Source of the DNA: Verrucomicrobia bacterium UBA1412
Lineage (GTDB): Bacteria > Verrucomicrobiota > Verrucomicrobiia > Limisphaerales > UBA1412
Length of the DNA: 64,000 nucleotides
Reading direction: 5' to 3'
NCBI GenBank assembly: GCA_002305615.1
Contig: DBPU01000025.1
Location: forward strand, 12,578 to 76,577
Within the stretch, counting starts at the first letter, position 1. The number at the start of each line of letters is the position of its first letter. Both the position numbers and the translations under genes were made by a program. The notes below the pieces were generated by a model, which worked only from the letters and a program-made list of their open reading frames with translations, was not told the DNA's origin and made no database searches. Of this stretch, positions 54,393 to 63,693 are shown piece after piece.

Positions 54393-54921
54393 CTAAACCG
54401 AAATCTGTTCCTGTTTCACGTCCTAACATTTTAAGTGTTTCCACGCGCTCAATTCTCCATTTATCGTTGGTTTTAATCCATTTCATCCGAAGAAGCTGGT
54501 GTATCCTGTCGCGGCGGCTTTCATCAATTATAATTCTTCCGATAACATCCATGGTTGCTCGAGTTTTATCGGGGCTCACTTTAACAATCGGGTCTTCGAA
54601 TTTCAGATCCAGTTCTTGAAGATAAGTGTGGGCTAAGGAGATTATATTCATCACCTCAGCTCGACCTGTGATAGATTCGGCTTGGGTGTGGACACCATCC
54701 AGGGTGACGACAACATTGGTGGCGAAGTAATCTCGAGATCCCTCGGCTTTTGCCATGCGAATCACAAGAGAGCTTCCACTGGCAAAAGAAACAGCCCTGG
54801 AAAATGAGTTTAAGCGTTTGCAAATACGCTGGGTCTCTGACGGGAAAAAGTACCCCCATGCAAACCAGACAATCAGGGCAAGCACGCAGAGTTTTAGAAG
54901 TTTGGGGAGCCACGTTTTCAT
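54379..54921 (-). CDS. Membrane-anchored hypothetical protein (NTF2/SnoaL-like size)
   Basis: N-terminal TM helix LCVLALIVWFAWGYFF. 4-nt overlap with the lepB stop and 14-nt overlap with the downstream permease start suggest translational coupling. Confidence 0.65.
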   Translation of the reverse strand: MKTWLPKLLKLCVLALIVWFAWGYFFPSETQRICKRLNSFSRAVSFASGSSLVIRMAKAEGSRDYFATNVVVTLDGVHTQAESITGRAEVMNIISLAHTYLQELDLKFEDPIVKVSPDKTRATMDVIGRIIIDESRRDRIHQLLRMKWIKTNDKWRIERVETLKMLGRETGTDFGLDVNE

Positions 54922-55433
54922 TTGATGATTTTTCCTTGGATCCGTTTTATGCTTACTTCTCCGAACTCGTGCATCTGCATGGGCATAGAGCGGTTATCCC
55001 CAATGACCAGGTATTCGTCAGGTTTGAGCTCAACTTCCTTACGATTCCAGGGGAGACGTTTTTTCTGTACCCATGGTTCCTCAAGAGGTTCGCCGTTGAT
55101 ATGAACTACTCCATCGCTGATGGAAACTTTTTCACCAGGTAGTCCAACCACACGCTTCATGAGCAATAGTTTTTGTGTCTCTCCAATTTTGATGGCAATG
55201 ACGTCTCCGCGCTGGGGGCTGGAATGCCAATAGGCCAATTTATAAACCAGATGGATGGACCGATCCGGGTAATTCGGTTCCATGCTGAGACCCTCGCACC
55301 GAACGGGGATCATCACGTATTTAATTAGTAGAAAAACAAAAACAACAAGGCATGCAATGCGTAGCAAAGTAAACTTGATGTTCCCGCCTACCAGAAGGCG
55401 TTGTTGCCAGGATGCATTTTTACTCTCTTCCAT
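54918..55433 (-). CDS. lepB: Signal peptidase I
   Basis: TM anchor, catalytic Ser box EGLSMEPN, Lys box LMKRVVGLPGE, and GDNRSMP box. 171 aa. Confidence 0.88.
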   Translation of the reverse strand: MEESKNASWQQRLLVGGNIKFTLLRIACLVVFVFLLIKYVMIPVRCEGLSMEPNYPDRSIHLVYKLAYWHSSPQRGDVIAIKIGETQKLLLMKRVVGLPGEKVSISDGVVHINGEPLEEPWVQKKRLPWNRKEVELKPDEYLVIGDNRSMPMQMHEFGEVSIKRIQGKIIK

Positions 55434-55488
55434 ACGTTCCTATTTGAATAATCTGGTTTAAAAAGTCAAGAAATATCAAAAGAAACTT

Positions 55489-58419
55489 TCAAAAACAGTA
55501 TTTTTTCAAAAAGCGCCCTGTGTGGCTGAGTTTGTTGGATACGACTTCTTGAGGTGGTCCCTGCGCTATGATTTGTCCACCCTTTAATCCCCCTTCAGGC
55601 CCCATGTCAATTAGCCAATCAGCGCACTTGATAATATCCAGATTGTGCTCAATGACGATTACGGAGTGGCCTGCCGTGACCAGATTGTTGAAGAGTTTTA
55701 ATAGAACGACAATATCATCAAAGTGAAGTCCTGTGCTGGGTTCATCAAATAAAAAAAGGAAAGGTAGCTCTTTGCCGCTCCGGGAGGCTGTGCAGGATTC
55801 TGCGATACGAGCGGCCAGTTTGAGCCGCTGGCACTCGCCGCCGGAGAGGGTATTGAGCGGCTGGCCCAAAGTAATATATCCCAAGCCCGTTTGCTGAATG
55901 AGACTGAGTTTTGCAGATGCTTTTTGTGCGTATTTACACTCAGGAAATTGGTTCAGAATAGAAATTGTCTCATCAACCGTCTGAGCCAAAAAATCTACAA
56001 TGTTCAGTGAAAGAGATTCATCAGTTTTAAAAGGATTTTTTACCTCTATGACGGCCTCCTGCGCTTTGGCATTAAAGCGAGTCCCATTGCACTCGGGGCA
56101 ACGCGTGTAAACGTCGCTGAGAAACTGCATCTCAATTTCTTCAAATCCCAGACCTCGGCATCGAGGGCACTGACCCAGCTTGGAGTTATAGCTGAAATGT
56201 CCCGGTGAAAAGCTTTCGACTCCGCCGGCTTTCAGTTTCCAAATAAAAAACTGCCGCAGATCGTCAAAAGCGCCAACGTACATGGTCGGGCTGGATCGGG
56301 GCGTTTTTCCAATAGGCGATTGGTCTACAAGGAAGAGATTCGTAATGAGTTTTGCGGGGAATTGAATTGCAGAAGCCGTAGCTGGATTTTCCGAATCGAT
56401 ATTTAACGAATGGACCTGATGGTTCGAATCCAGGACTTGTTGGACACCGGGATGGATGATGCTTTTAAGCAGAGTGCTTTTACCCGAGCCGCTCACTCCG
56501 CTGATGCATACAAAACGCTCCAGGGGGATGTCTATATCGAGCCCATTCAGATTATTTGCGCATGCTTTACGAATTTTCAGAAAATGTTTGGGAAGGTTTT
56601 TTTTAGCTGTGGAAAGCGGGATAATTAATTTGCCGCTGACATACCCGGCGGTCCGAGAGTTTTTGGAATCAATAAAGTTCTGATAGCTTCCCTGAAAGAC
56701 AATCTGGCCGCCGCATGCACCTGCCTGCGGTCCCAGATCGATTATATGATCCGCCGCTTCTATGACCATCATTTCATGCTCCACGGTTACCACGGTGTTT
56801 CCGATGTCCCGCAATTGCTTAATGGTGTTGATCAGTCTTTCTGTGTCTCTCGGATGTAGACCGACGCTGGGCTCATCCAAAATGTAGAGAGTATTCACCA
56901 GGCGATTGCCTAAACAGCTGGTGAGGTTGACGCGTTCGGTTTCCCCTCCGGATAGGCTTCGCGTTTGACGGTTCAAGGTCAGGTAGCCCAAGCCAATTTC
57001 GTTGAGATAGGAGAGCCGGTTTTGAACTTCCTTCAGAGCGTACTCAACGGGACCTTTAAACTTATGGCGCTCCTGTAAAGCCTGAATAAAGTTGTAGGCA
57101 TCACTCAGCTCCAAATCGTAAAACTGAGAAAGTGTTACGGATTCTCTATTATCCTTTAACGGATTGGGAACTTTGAAAGAGAGTGATTCCGGAATAAAGC
57201 GGCTTCCCCTGCATGCCTTGCATTCCCGGTAGGAACGATAGCGCGAAAGGAAAACGCGAATGTGCATTTTGTAGGTATTACTCTCCAACCATTTGAAAAA
57301 ACCGTTGATTCCGTACCAGGTTTTGGGCCAGGTGTGGTTTTCATCTTTCTCATAAAGCGGGTCGCCCTCAATGACCCATTGCTGTTGTTTAGGGGTTAGA
57401 GACTTGAATGGAACATCCAGCGGAATTTTCGCCTTCGATGCCATTCGCAGCAAGTCCAGTTGACATTCTTTAGAGACTCCGCTCTGCCAAGGTTTAACCG
57501 CACCTTCTCTGAGCGTTTTAGAGGTGTCGGGTATAACCAGGTTCATATCAATTCCAATCGTTCTGCCAAAGCCATGGCAAACGGGGCAGGCGCCCAACGG
57601 ATGATTATAGCTGAAGAGACCCGGAGTTGGTTTAGGCAGAGTGACGTGACAGACGGTACATTCGGTTTTATTCGAAAAAGAATGGGCCAGAGAAAGGTCA
57701 GGATTAGCTGCATCCAGGACGAGAAGTTGTCCATGCCCATATTTGTAAGCTTGCTCGCAACTATCGGTAAAACGTTTTTGGAATTTTGAAGAACAATGAA
57801 CCCGATCCTGAATAATGATAAGTTCCTGAAAAGGATGGTTTTCTTCAATCTCTTCCAGCCGCGTTACTTTCCCTTGAATCAAAGCGCGGCTATACCCCAG
57901 GCCCTGAATCCAGGAAAGGGACTCATGGAAAGAAATTTTTTTGGATAGTTGAACGCTGAAAACAACGAGACAGACTTCGGTTTGAGGGGAAGCTTTCTTG
58001 AAAGCCTCCCAGATGCGATGGGCGGGGTAGGGGCTTATTTCTTTCCCGCACTGAGGGCAAAAAGGGACCGATACATGAGGCCAGAGCACTTTCAGGTAAT
58101 CGGCTATTTCAGTCAAAGTCCCTACAGTAGATCGACTGGTCTTGATTGAGTTTTTCTGCTCAATAGCAATAGCCGGGAGGATGTTCTCGACGCGATCAGC
58201 CTGCGGTTTATCCATCCGATCAAAGAACTGCCGTGCATATGGGGAAAAGGTCTCAATATAACGGCGCTGACCCTCCGCATAAAGAACATCAAAAGCCAGG
58301 GTGCTCTTCCCTGAACCGCTCACGCCGGTGAAAACAGTAAGCTTCCCGATGGGGATATCAACATCCACGTTTTTGAGGTTATGATGGCGGCCCCCTCGAA
58401 GGTGAATTGAATCCCGCAT
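55489..58419 (-). CDS. uvrA: UvrA-family ATPase, second full-length paralog (976 aa)
   Basis: HNLKNVDVDIPIGKLTVFTGVSGSGKSTLAFDVLYAEGQRRYIETFSPYARQF. Zinc module 1 ligands are retained (CPQCG ... CTVCH), as are zinc module 2 (GACPVCHGFG) and the C-terminal CPRC...CPEC finger. Second ABC module GVSGSGKSTL ... LSGGECQRLKLA ... LFLFDEPSTGLH. Confidence 0.88.
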   Translation of the reverse strand: MRDSIHLRGGRHHNLKNVDVDIPIGKLTVFTGVSGSGKSTLAFDVLYAEGQRRYIETFSPYARQFFDRMDKPQADRVENILPAIAIEQKNSIKTSRSTVGTLTEIADYLKVLWPHVSVPFCPQCGKEISPYPAHRIWEAFKKASPQTEVCLVVFSVQLSKKISFHESLSWIQGLGYSRALIQGKVTRLEEIEENHPFQELIIIQDRVHCSSKFQKRFTDSCEQAYKYGHGQLLVLDAANPDLSLAHSFSNKTECTVCHVTLPKPTPGLFSYNHPLGACPVCHGFGRTIGIDMNLVIPDTSKTLREGAVKPWQSGVSKECQLDLLRMASKAKIPLDVPFKSLTPKQQQWVIEGDPLYEKDENHTWPKTWYGINGFFKWLESNTYKMHIRVFLSRYRSYRECKACRGSRFIPESLSFKVPNPLKDNRESVTLSQFYDLELSDAYNFIQALQERHKFKGPVEYALKEVQNRLSYLNEIGLGYLTLNRQTRSLSGGETERVNLTSCLGNRLVNTLYILDEPSVGLHPRDTERLINTIKQLRDIGNTVVTVEHEMMVIEAADHIIDLGPQAGACGGQIVFQGSYQNFIDSKNSRTAGYVSGKLIIPLSTAKKNLPKHFLKIRKACANNLNGLDIDIPLERFVCISGVSGSGKSTLLKSIIHPGVQQVLDSNHQVHSLNIDSENPATASAIQFPAKLITNLFLVDQSPIGKTPRSSPTMYVGAFDDLRQFFIWKLKAGGVESFSPGHFSYNSKLGQCPRCRGLGFEEIEMQFLSDVYTRCPECNGTRFNAKAQEAVIEVKNPFKTDESLSLNIVDFLAQTVDETISILNQFPECKYAQKASAKLSLIQQTGLGYITLGQPLNTLSGGECQRLKLAARIAESCTASRSGKELPFLFLFDEPSTGLHFDDIVVLLKLFNNLVTAGHSVIVIEHNLDIIKCADWLIDMGPEGGLKGGQIIAQGPPQEVVSNKLSHTGRFLKKYCF

Positions 58420-58422
58420 AGA

Positions 58423-59724
58423 CTATTCGGACTTAATATGCGAACAGAGAATCTGCACGGACCGCTTTACGCCGCCCTGATTTTTCAAAACGACTTCACG
58501 AGCATGAGCCCCCAGCATATTGCGACGATTCGAATTGGAAAGAAGCGAAACAATCTGCTGCTCCAGCTTGTTGGTGTCCGGTACTTGAAGAGCCGCATCA
58601 TGAGAGAGAAAGCTCTCAACGATCGAGGAGAAATTTTGCATGTTTGGTCCAAACAGAACGGGCTTGGCTAAAGCGGCCGGTTCAATCGGGTTTTGTCCGC
58701 CCTTTGCCGAGATGCTTTTGCCAATAAAGCAGAGAGTGGCCGCTCCGTAAAAATAACGGAGCTCGCCGGTGGTATTAACAAGCAGACAGTCAATTCCTCC
58801 GCCATGTGACGGAAGAGATTCGGGGATATCCGTTCGCAACACAAATCGGATGCCGGTGGCTTTTAACTCCGGGATCAGCGCTTTACAACGTTCGAAATGG
58901 CGAGGGACCAGGATCAGGAAAAAATTGGGGAATTGCGCTTTCAAACGGAGAGCCATTTCTGCCAAAAGAACTTCTTCTCCGGCATGAGTGCTGCCGGCTA
59001 CCAGTATGGGTGCATCGGAAGGAACGCCCAGAAGAGTAAGCATCTGGGGAACATTGAGCCTCTCATCCAACGAAAGTGGAGCTCCATCAAACTTCAGATT
59101 ACCCGTAGGAGTAATATTTTGAGGAGAGGCTCCCAGAGCGATCAGGCGCTCACGATCGGTTTCATCTTGAACGCCGATGGCTGTGAATCCGGAAAATATA
59201 TCCCGGAAAATAAAGCTGGCTTTCCGGTAGCGGCCAAAAGAACGTTTGGAAAGGCGGGCATTGAAAAGGAAAAGAGGAATATGGCGATGCTGGGCCTCCC
59301 AAAGGAAATTGGGCCAAATCTCTGCTTCAATTAAGACGATCGCTTCAGGTTGAAAGGTGTCCAGTGCCTTTTTGACGGCCTTATTCCAATCAATGGGATA
59401 GTATATTTTGATAATTTCTTCAGGAAGTTTTTTGGTGAGCTCTGCCATTCCTGTCGTAGTGGTCGTGCTGGCTACAATTTGAAATTGAGGACGCTCGAGG
59501 GCGAACTGTTGAATCAGCTGCACGCAGAGGTTTACCTCACCCACACTCACCGCATGGAACCAGATTAGGCGTTTTTTTTCACCTGATAAAAATAGGGGCG
59601 GATAGTAACCAAAACGTTGAGAAAGGCCACGCTGCCAGTTGCCGCGCCGCCAAAGACGCCAAAAGTAATAGGGCAAGGAGACAACGAAAAAAATCAGAAA
59701 TAGAATGTTATAAAACAACCTCAT
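58423..59724 (-). CDS. waaA: 3-deoxy-D-manno-octulosonic acid (Kdo) transferase
   Basis: N-terminal anchor and IWFHAVSVGEV motif, GT30-type two-domain layout, 433 aa. Confidence 0.88.
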   Translation of the reverse strand: MRLFYNILFLIFFVVSLPYYFWRLWRRGNWQRGLSQRFGYYPPLFLSGEKKRLIWFHAVSVGEVNLCVQLIQQFALERPQFQIVASTTTTTGMAELTKKLPEEIIKIYYPIDWNKAVKKALDTFQPEAIVLIEAEIWPNFLWEAQHRHIPLFLFNARLSKRSFGRYRKASFIFRDIFSGFTAIGVQDETDRERLIALGASPQNITPTGNLKFDGAPLSLDERLNVPQMLTLLGVPSDAPILVAGSTHAGEEVLLAEMALRLKAQFPNFFLILVPRHFERCKALIPELKATGIRFVLRTDIPESLPSHGGGIDCLLVNTTGELRYFYGAATLCFIGKSISAKGGQNPIEPAALAKPVLFGPNMQNFSSIVESFLSHDAALQVPDTNKLEQQIVSLLSNSNRRNMLGAHAREVVLKNQGGVKRSVQILCSHIKSE

Positions 59725-59740
59725 AATATAAAGGGATTAT

Positions 59741-61924
59741 CTAGGGCGGCAAAGGTTCCGTGGGGTCTGGTCCAGCCGGCAGGGGGTCCATCAACTCCGG
59801 CTCATGGATTTGCGGGGTGACTGGCTGAGTTGGCTCCGTTTCCTTTTTAACGGGCTCTTTTGGTGGCTCAATTTGTTCAGGGGGAGTGGCTGGCGCAGGT
59901 GGCTCAACAGGAGAATCAGGCGCTTTATTTTCGAGAGCGGCCGGCAATATCGTTCTCAAAGTAAATCCTTCAGGTGTGCTTTGAAACGCGCTCAGGGAGA
60001 AATCAAAGCAGTCTGCAAAAGAGTCAAATTCAGGTAAGAGGGAAGGGGGAACCTGTTTTTTTAAAAAACCGAAATTCACATTAACGTCCTGCGCCAGGAA
60101 GGTAAAAACAGGAACCAAAAATGTATTTGTTTGGTCCTGCCCCAAAAAACTTTTAAGCTTTTTATAGTAGTTGCCGGCAACGAGCTTACTGTCGGTATAC
60201 TCAAAAAAACCGGCAGAGAGAACCCCAATCGATTGTGCGGCGGATTCCAATCGCGGAAGCGAAGATAATTTTTCCTTATTTTCTGGAGGAGTTAAAAATG
60301 CTTCAACCAGCTTATATTCAGTGCTGAAAGCAAGTACTCCATCTTTAAAAGCCAGGTGGCAATAGTTGGTTTTGAAATCAGAGGTGCCTAGTTCCAAATC
60401 GGGCAAAGGAATCGAAGTGACTTCATAATCAGCTACCTCTTTTTCAATGGTGGGGATAGGAGCAAGAATCGAAATCAGTTTTTTGACCGTCTGAATGTAA
60501 TTCTTGCCATCAGCCACCTGTATGAAACGAATTGCCTCTTTTTCACCATTAGCTCCGAGCCTTTGGCAGATTGTAAGATCATTGCCTAGGGGCATTATAA
60601 AATTTTCTTTGAATTTAAAATTCGGGTCTGCCTCCAAAATGCTGGGCAAGAGGGCTTCCGTTAGGAGGTCTCTTACGTCGGGCATGATCTCATTGACCAT
60701 TTTCTCAATCGCATCCCAAGCAGAAGTGAAGTTGAGGCGTGTTCTGGAAAAACTCAGAACATCCCTTGTGACAAACTCCGGTGGCGAGCAGTCGCCCGGT
60801 TGCAGAGAAATAATTTTGGCTATTCCTTGTCGGGTGGCTTCCGGAGAAGAAATAAAATAATCCGTGCAAACGCCGGCAGGAGTGTCTAAAACGGCAACGC
60901 TTCCGGAAAGAAAGGATTCCAGGCCTAACTTTCCGACGACCGTGGGCAGGAGCATCTCTTTTTCTTCAATGGGTTGCTCTGTCGCTTGCCCTGTTGCCTC
61001 TGGAGAAGGATTTTCGCTTTCATTTCCGGCGGCTTGAGAAATTTTACTATTTTCGGCCGATTCGTTTTCAACCCATTTCTGAATAATGGGGCTTAAATGA
61101 GCCCATCCCCAGAAAACCGCATTGGGAAAATGATTTTTGTGTTTAGCCCATTCCGGGTGCTCAGAGAGATGAGGCACCTGGTCTCGTGCGGCTTGAAGGA
61201 TGAGTCTGGAGGCCTGCGGTGTGTTCAGTTCAACTAAAAGATAGGAATCTACCGCAGTAATCCATATGGTGACAGGGGTCTCTTTATCAGGTTTAAAGGA
61301 GGCTGGAATAAAATCCAGAAATCTCGAAAAAGCTTTTGAATGTTGGTCAGAAAGCGGTATTCCAATCAATTGTGTTTGTTCAATAGATTCCAGCTTGAGG
61401 TGTGAGGAAAAGATTTCACTCGATGCCATGGTGTGAAGCAGGTTCGTGAGTGTCGCAGTTTCTGTTCCCAGGTCAACTCCCAGCACAGGAGAGGCTTTGA
61501 GCTCAGGAAGAAATGTGTTGGTAAACTGCGGTTCAGCGACGAGGGCAAGAAAAGCCGAAGTGACTTTCTTTTGCAGTACGGGGATGTTTAAAAAGGCAAG
61601 TTCGGAATTCGTTTGAAACAAGGACTCCAAGCCCCACTGGGATTGAATCTCATCCCGTAGGGGCCTGAACTGTGGATGATTCCAAAGTTTACCCAGGGGT
61701 GTTTTAAGAGCTGTTCCCTGCAATGCTTGACAGTCGGGGATAACTACTAAAGCCAGAGTTTGAACAGGGAGCTTTTTTTCAAAATACGGGGTTAGATCTG
61801 CAAAAAGATGGGAGCTGGTGAAAAGGCAAAGAAACACTACCACCCAATTGAAAAAAAAACAGTGAGCTCCTTTTAATGGATGGTAGCGCTTTTGATTTTT
61901 ACTTTCTCTCTCGGAGATACCCAT
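59741..61924 (-). CDS. Large hypothetical envelope protein (727 aa) with a Pro-rich C-terminus
   Basis: N-terminal hydrophobic segment FFFNWVVVFLCLFTSSHLFA and no recognisable catalytic motif. The C-terminal 80 aa are PE/PT-rich. Tightly packed between metG (2-nt gap) and waaA (16-nt gap). Confidence 0.7.
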   Translation of the reverse strand: MGISERESKNQKRYHPLKGAHCFFFNWVVVFLCLFTSSHLFADLTPYFEKKLPVQTLALVVIPDCQALQGTALKTPLGKLWNHPQFRPLRDEIQSQWGLESLFQTNSELAFLNIPVLQKKVTSAFLALVAEPQFTNTFLPELKASPVLGVDLGTETATLTNLLHTMASSEIFSSHLKLESIEQTQLIGIPLSDQHSKAFSRFLDFIPASFKPDKETPVTIWITAVDSYLLVELNTPQASRLILQAARDQVPHLSEHPEWAKHKNHFPNAVFWGWAHLSPIIQKWVENESAENSKISQAAGNESENPSPEATGQATEQPIEEKEMLLPTVVGKLGLESFLSGSVAVLDTPAGVCTDYFISSPEATRQGIAKIISLQPGDCSPPEFVTRDVLSFSRTRLNFTSAWDAIEKMVNEIMPDVRDLLTEALLPSILEADPNFKFKENFIMPLGNDLTICQRLGANGEKEAIRFIQVADGKNYIQTVKKLISILAPIPTIEKEVADYEVTSIPLPDLELGTSDFKTNYCHLAFKDGVLAFSTEYKLVEAFLTPPENKEKLSSLPRLESAAQSIGVLSAGFFEYTDSKLVAGNYYKKLKSFLGQDQTNTFLVPVFTFLAQDVNVNFGFLKKQVPPSLLPEFDSFADCFDFSLSAFQSTPEGFTLRTILPAALENKAPDSPVEPPAPATPPEQIEPPKEPVKKETEPTQPVTPQIHEPELMDPLPAGPDPTEPLPP

Positions 61925-61926
61925 TT

Positions 61927-63501
61927 TTACTTGTTTAAATCACGTCTGGGGAAAAGCGGTTCGGGTTTTCCAACGACATGTCCCGGCTGCAAACCTCCCC
62001 AATGGCATAATGACCATTGATTTGGAGAATCGTGAAGTCCGAGTTGTGAGTAAATTTTTTCTGATGTTTTTGGAAGCACCGGCCAAAGTAAAACGGCGAG
62101 GATTCTGCAGACTTCCACCAAATTGTAAAGCACTTCATCCAGACGGGCTGACTGCTCAGGCTGTTTTGCTAATTTGAATGGAGCGGTTTGATCTACATAT
62201 TGATTAGCCCGGTTGATGAGCTCCCAGATGCGAATGAGAGCGCCCTGAATTTTAATTTCAGAATAGCATTTGAAGGCCGCAGCACAGGAGTTTTCAGCAT
62301 CCGCTTTTAGCTCATCATGCCGCGCAGGGACTACCCCATTCCGATAGCGGCCCAACATTGAAATAGAGCGATTGATCAGGTTCCCCAAACCGTTAGCCAG
62401 TTCGGCCTGATAGCGGGATGCAAAACCGGCATCGGTCCAGTTACCATCGGGGCCAACTTCCAATTCACGCAGAACATAGTAGCGAAAGGCGTCCAGTCCC
62501 CATTCCTCAATCACAGCTATAGGTTCAACCACATTGCCAGTGCTTTTGCTCATTTTCTGGTTATCCTTCTGCCACCAACCGTGCACGGCGAGCTTCTTGG
62601 GAAGTGGGGCTCCGATTGCCTTAAGCATGATGGGCCAGTAAACAGCGTGGAACTTAACAATATCTTTGCCGATAACATGGAAATCCGCTGGCCATAACTG
62701 CCGCTCCTGTTGAGCCGTTTCAGGGAAATCTTCTTTGGTGAGACCGATGCTGCTCAGCACTTGCGTATCCCCGTAGGCAGCTGCAATAGTGAAGTAATTC
62801 ACCAGGGCATCAAACCAAACGTAAGTAACGTATTCCGGGTCAAAGGGCAGGGGAATTCCCCATGAGAGACGGGCTTTGGGGCGGCTGATACAAAGATCTC
62901 CGAGTTTTTCGTTTTTGAGAAACCCCAGTACTTCATTTTTACGGTATTCGGGATAGATAAAATCCGGGTGAGACTCAATGTAATCAATCAACCATTGCTG
63001 GTGAACGCCCAACTTGAAGTAATAGTTATCTTCAATGAGTTCCTGAACCTCGCCCCACATCGGCGCGAAAGAGCCATCCGGGAGTCGGTCTTTTTCAGTC
63101 AAAAAGGTCTCTTCTTTTGTGGAGTAAAAACCTTTGTAGGATTCTTTGTAAAAATGCCCCTCTTTATAAAGTTTGCTGAGAATTGTGGTTACGACTTTAT
63201 TGTGGCGGGCTTGAGTCGTTCGGACATAATCATTGTGGGATATGCCCAGTTTTTCAATGAAATTGCTCCAGGATATTGCCAGTTCATCGCAGTATTCTTG
63301 AGGGGACTTATTCTGTGCAAGAGCCGCTTGTTGTACTTTCTGGCCATGTTCGTCCGCTCCTGTCAGAAAAAAAACATCAGCACCTTGGGTGCGATGAAAC
63401 CTCGCCAGGACGTCGGTGAGAACTTTCTCATAAGCATGGCCCAAATGAGGTTGGCCATTCACGTAATCAATTGCAGTCGTCAGATAGATACTCTTACACA
63501 T
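61927..63501 (-). CDS. metG: Methionine--tRNA ligase (short form)
   Basis: HLGHAYE (HIGH) and KMSKSTGN (KMSKS) motifs. 524 aa, with no C-terminal Trbp111/EMAPII-like domain. Confidence 0.93.
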   Translation of the reverse strand: MCKSIYLTTAIDYVNGQPHLGHAYEKVLTDVLARFHRTQGADVFFLTGADEHGQKVQQAALAQNKSPQEYCDELAISWSNFIEKLGISHNDYVRTTQARHNKVVTTILSKLYKEGHFYKESYKGFYSTKEETFLTEKDRLPDGSFAPMWGEVQELIEDNYYFKLGVHQQWLIDYIESHPDFIYPEYRKNEVLGFLKNEKLGDLCISRPKARLSWGIPLPFDPEYVTYVWFDALVNYFTIAAAYGDTQVLSSIGLTKEDFPETAQQERQLWPADFHVIGKDIVKFHAVYWPIMLKAIGAPLPKKLAVHGWWQKDNQKMSKSTGNVVEPIAVIEEWGLDAFRYYVLRELEVGPDGNWTDAGFASRYQAELANGLGNLINRSISMLGRYRNGVVPARHDELKADAENSCAAAFKCYSEIKIQGALIRIWELINRANQYVDQTAPFKLAKQPEQSARLDEVLYNLVEVCRILAVLLWPVLPKTSEKIYSQLGLHDSPNQWSLCHWGGLQPGHVVGKPEPLFPRRDLNK

Positions 63502-63693
63502 ATCCGGTCATATTGTGCATAAAGAGTAGAACTTTTGCAAACCATGAACGATTTGATTTTTGCGTGAATCACATGGAAATGAAAAATATATCCGGTGTGC
63601 AACAGGTTATTAAAGCTCTGACTGGATTTTTGTCTAGAATCTGGTACTATAATGGGAATGGATCCGAAACAGGGTTTGACAGTGAGAGGGAGC

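Noticed and set aside
62968-63522. 184-aa plus-strand ORF overlapping the metG 5' half; also 46949..47452 and 41421..41957
   Set aside because: All three are antisense to genes with unambiguous family signatures (metG HIGH/KMSKS, DUF1080, folD). They are treated as shadow ORFs.
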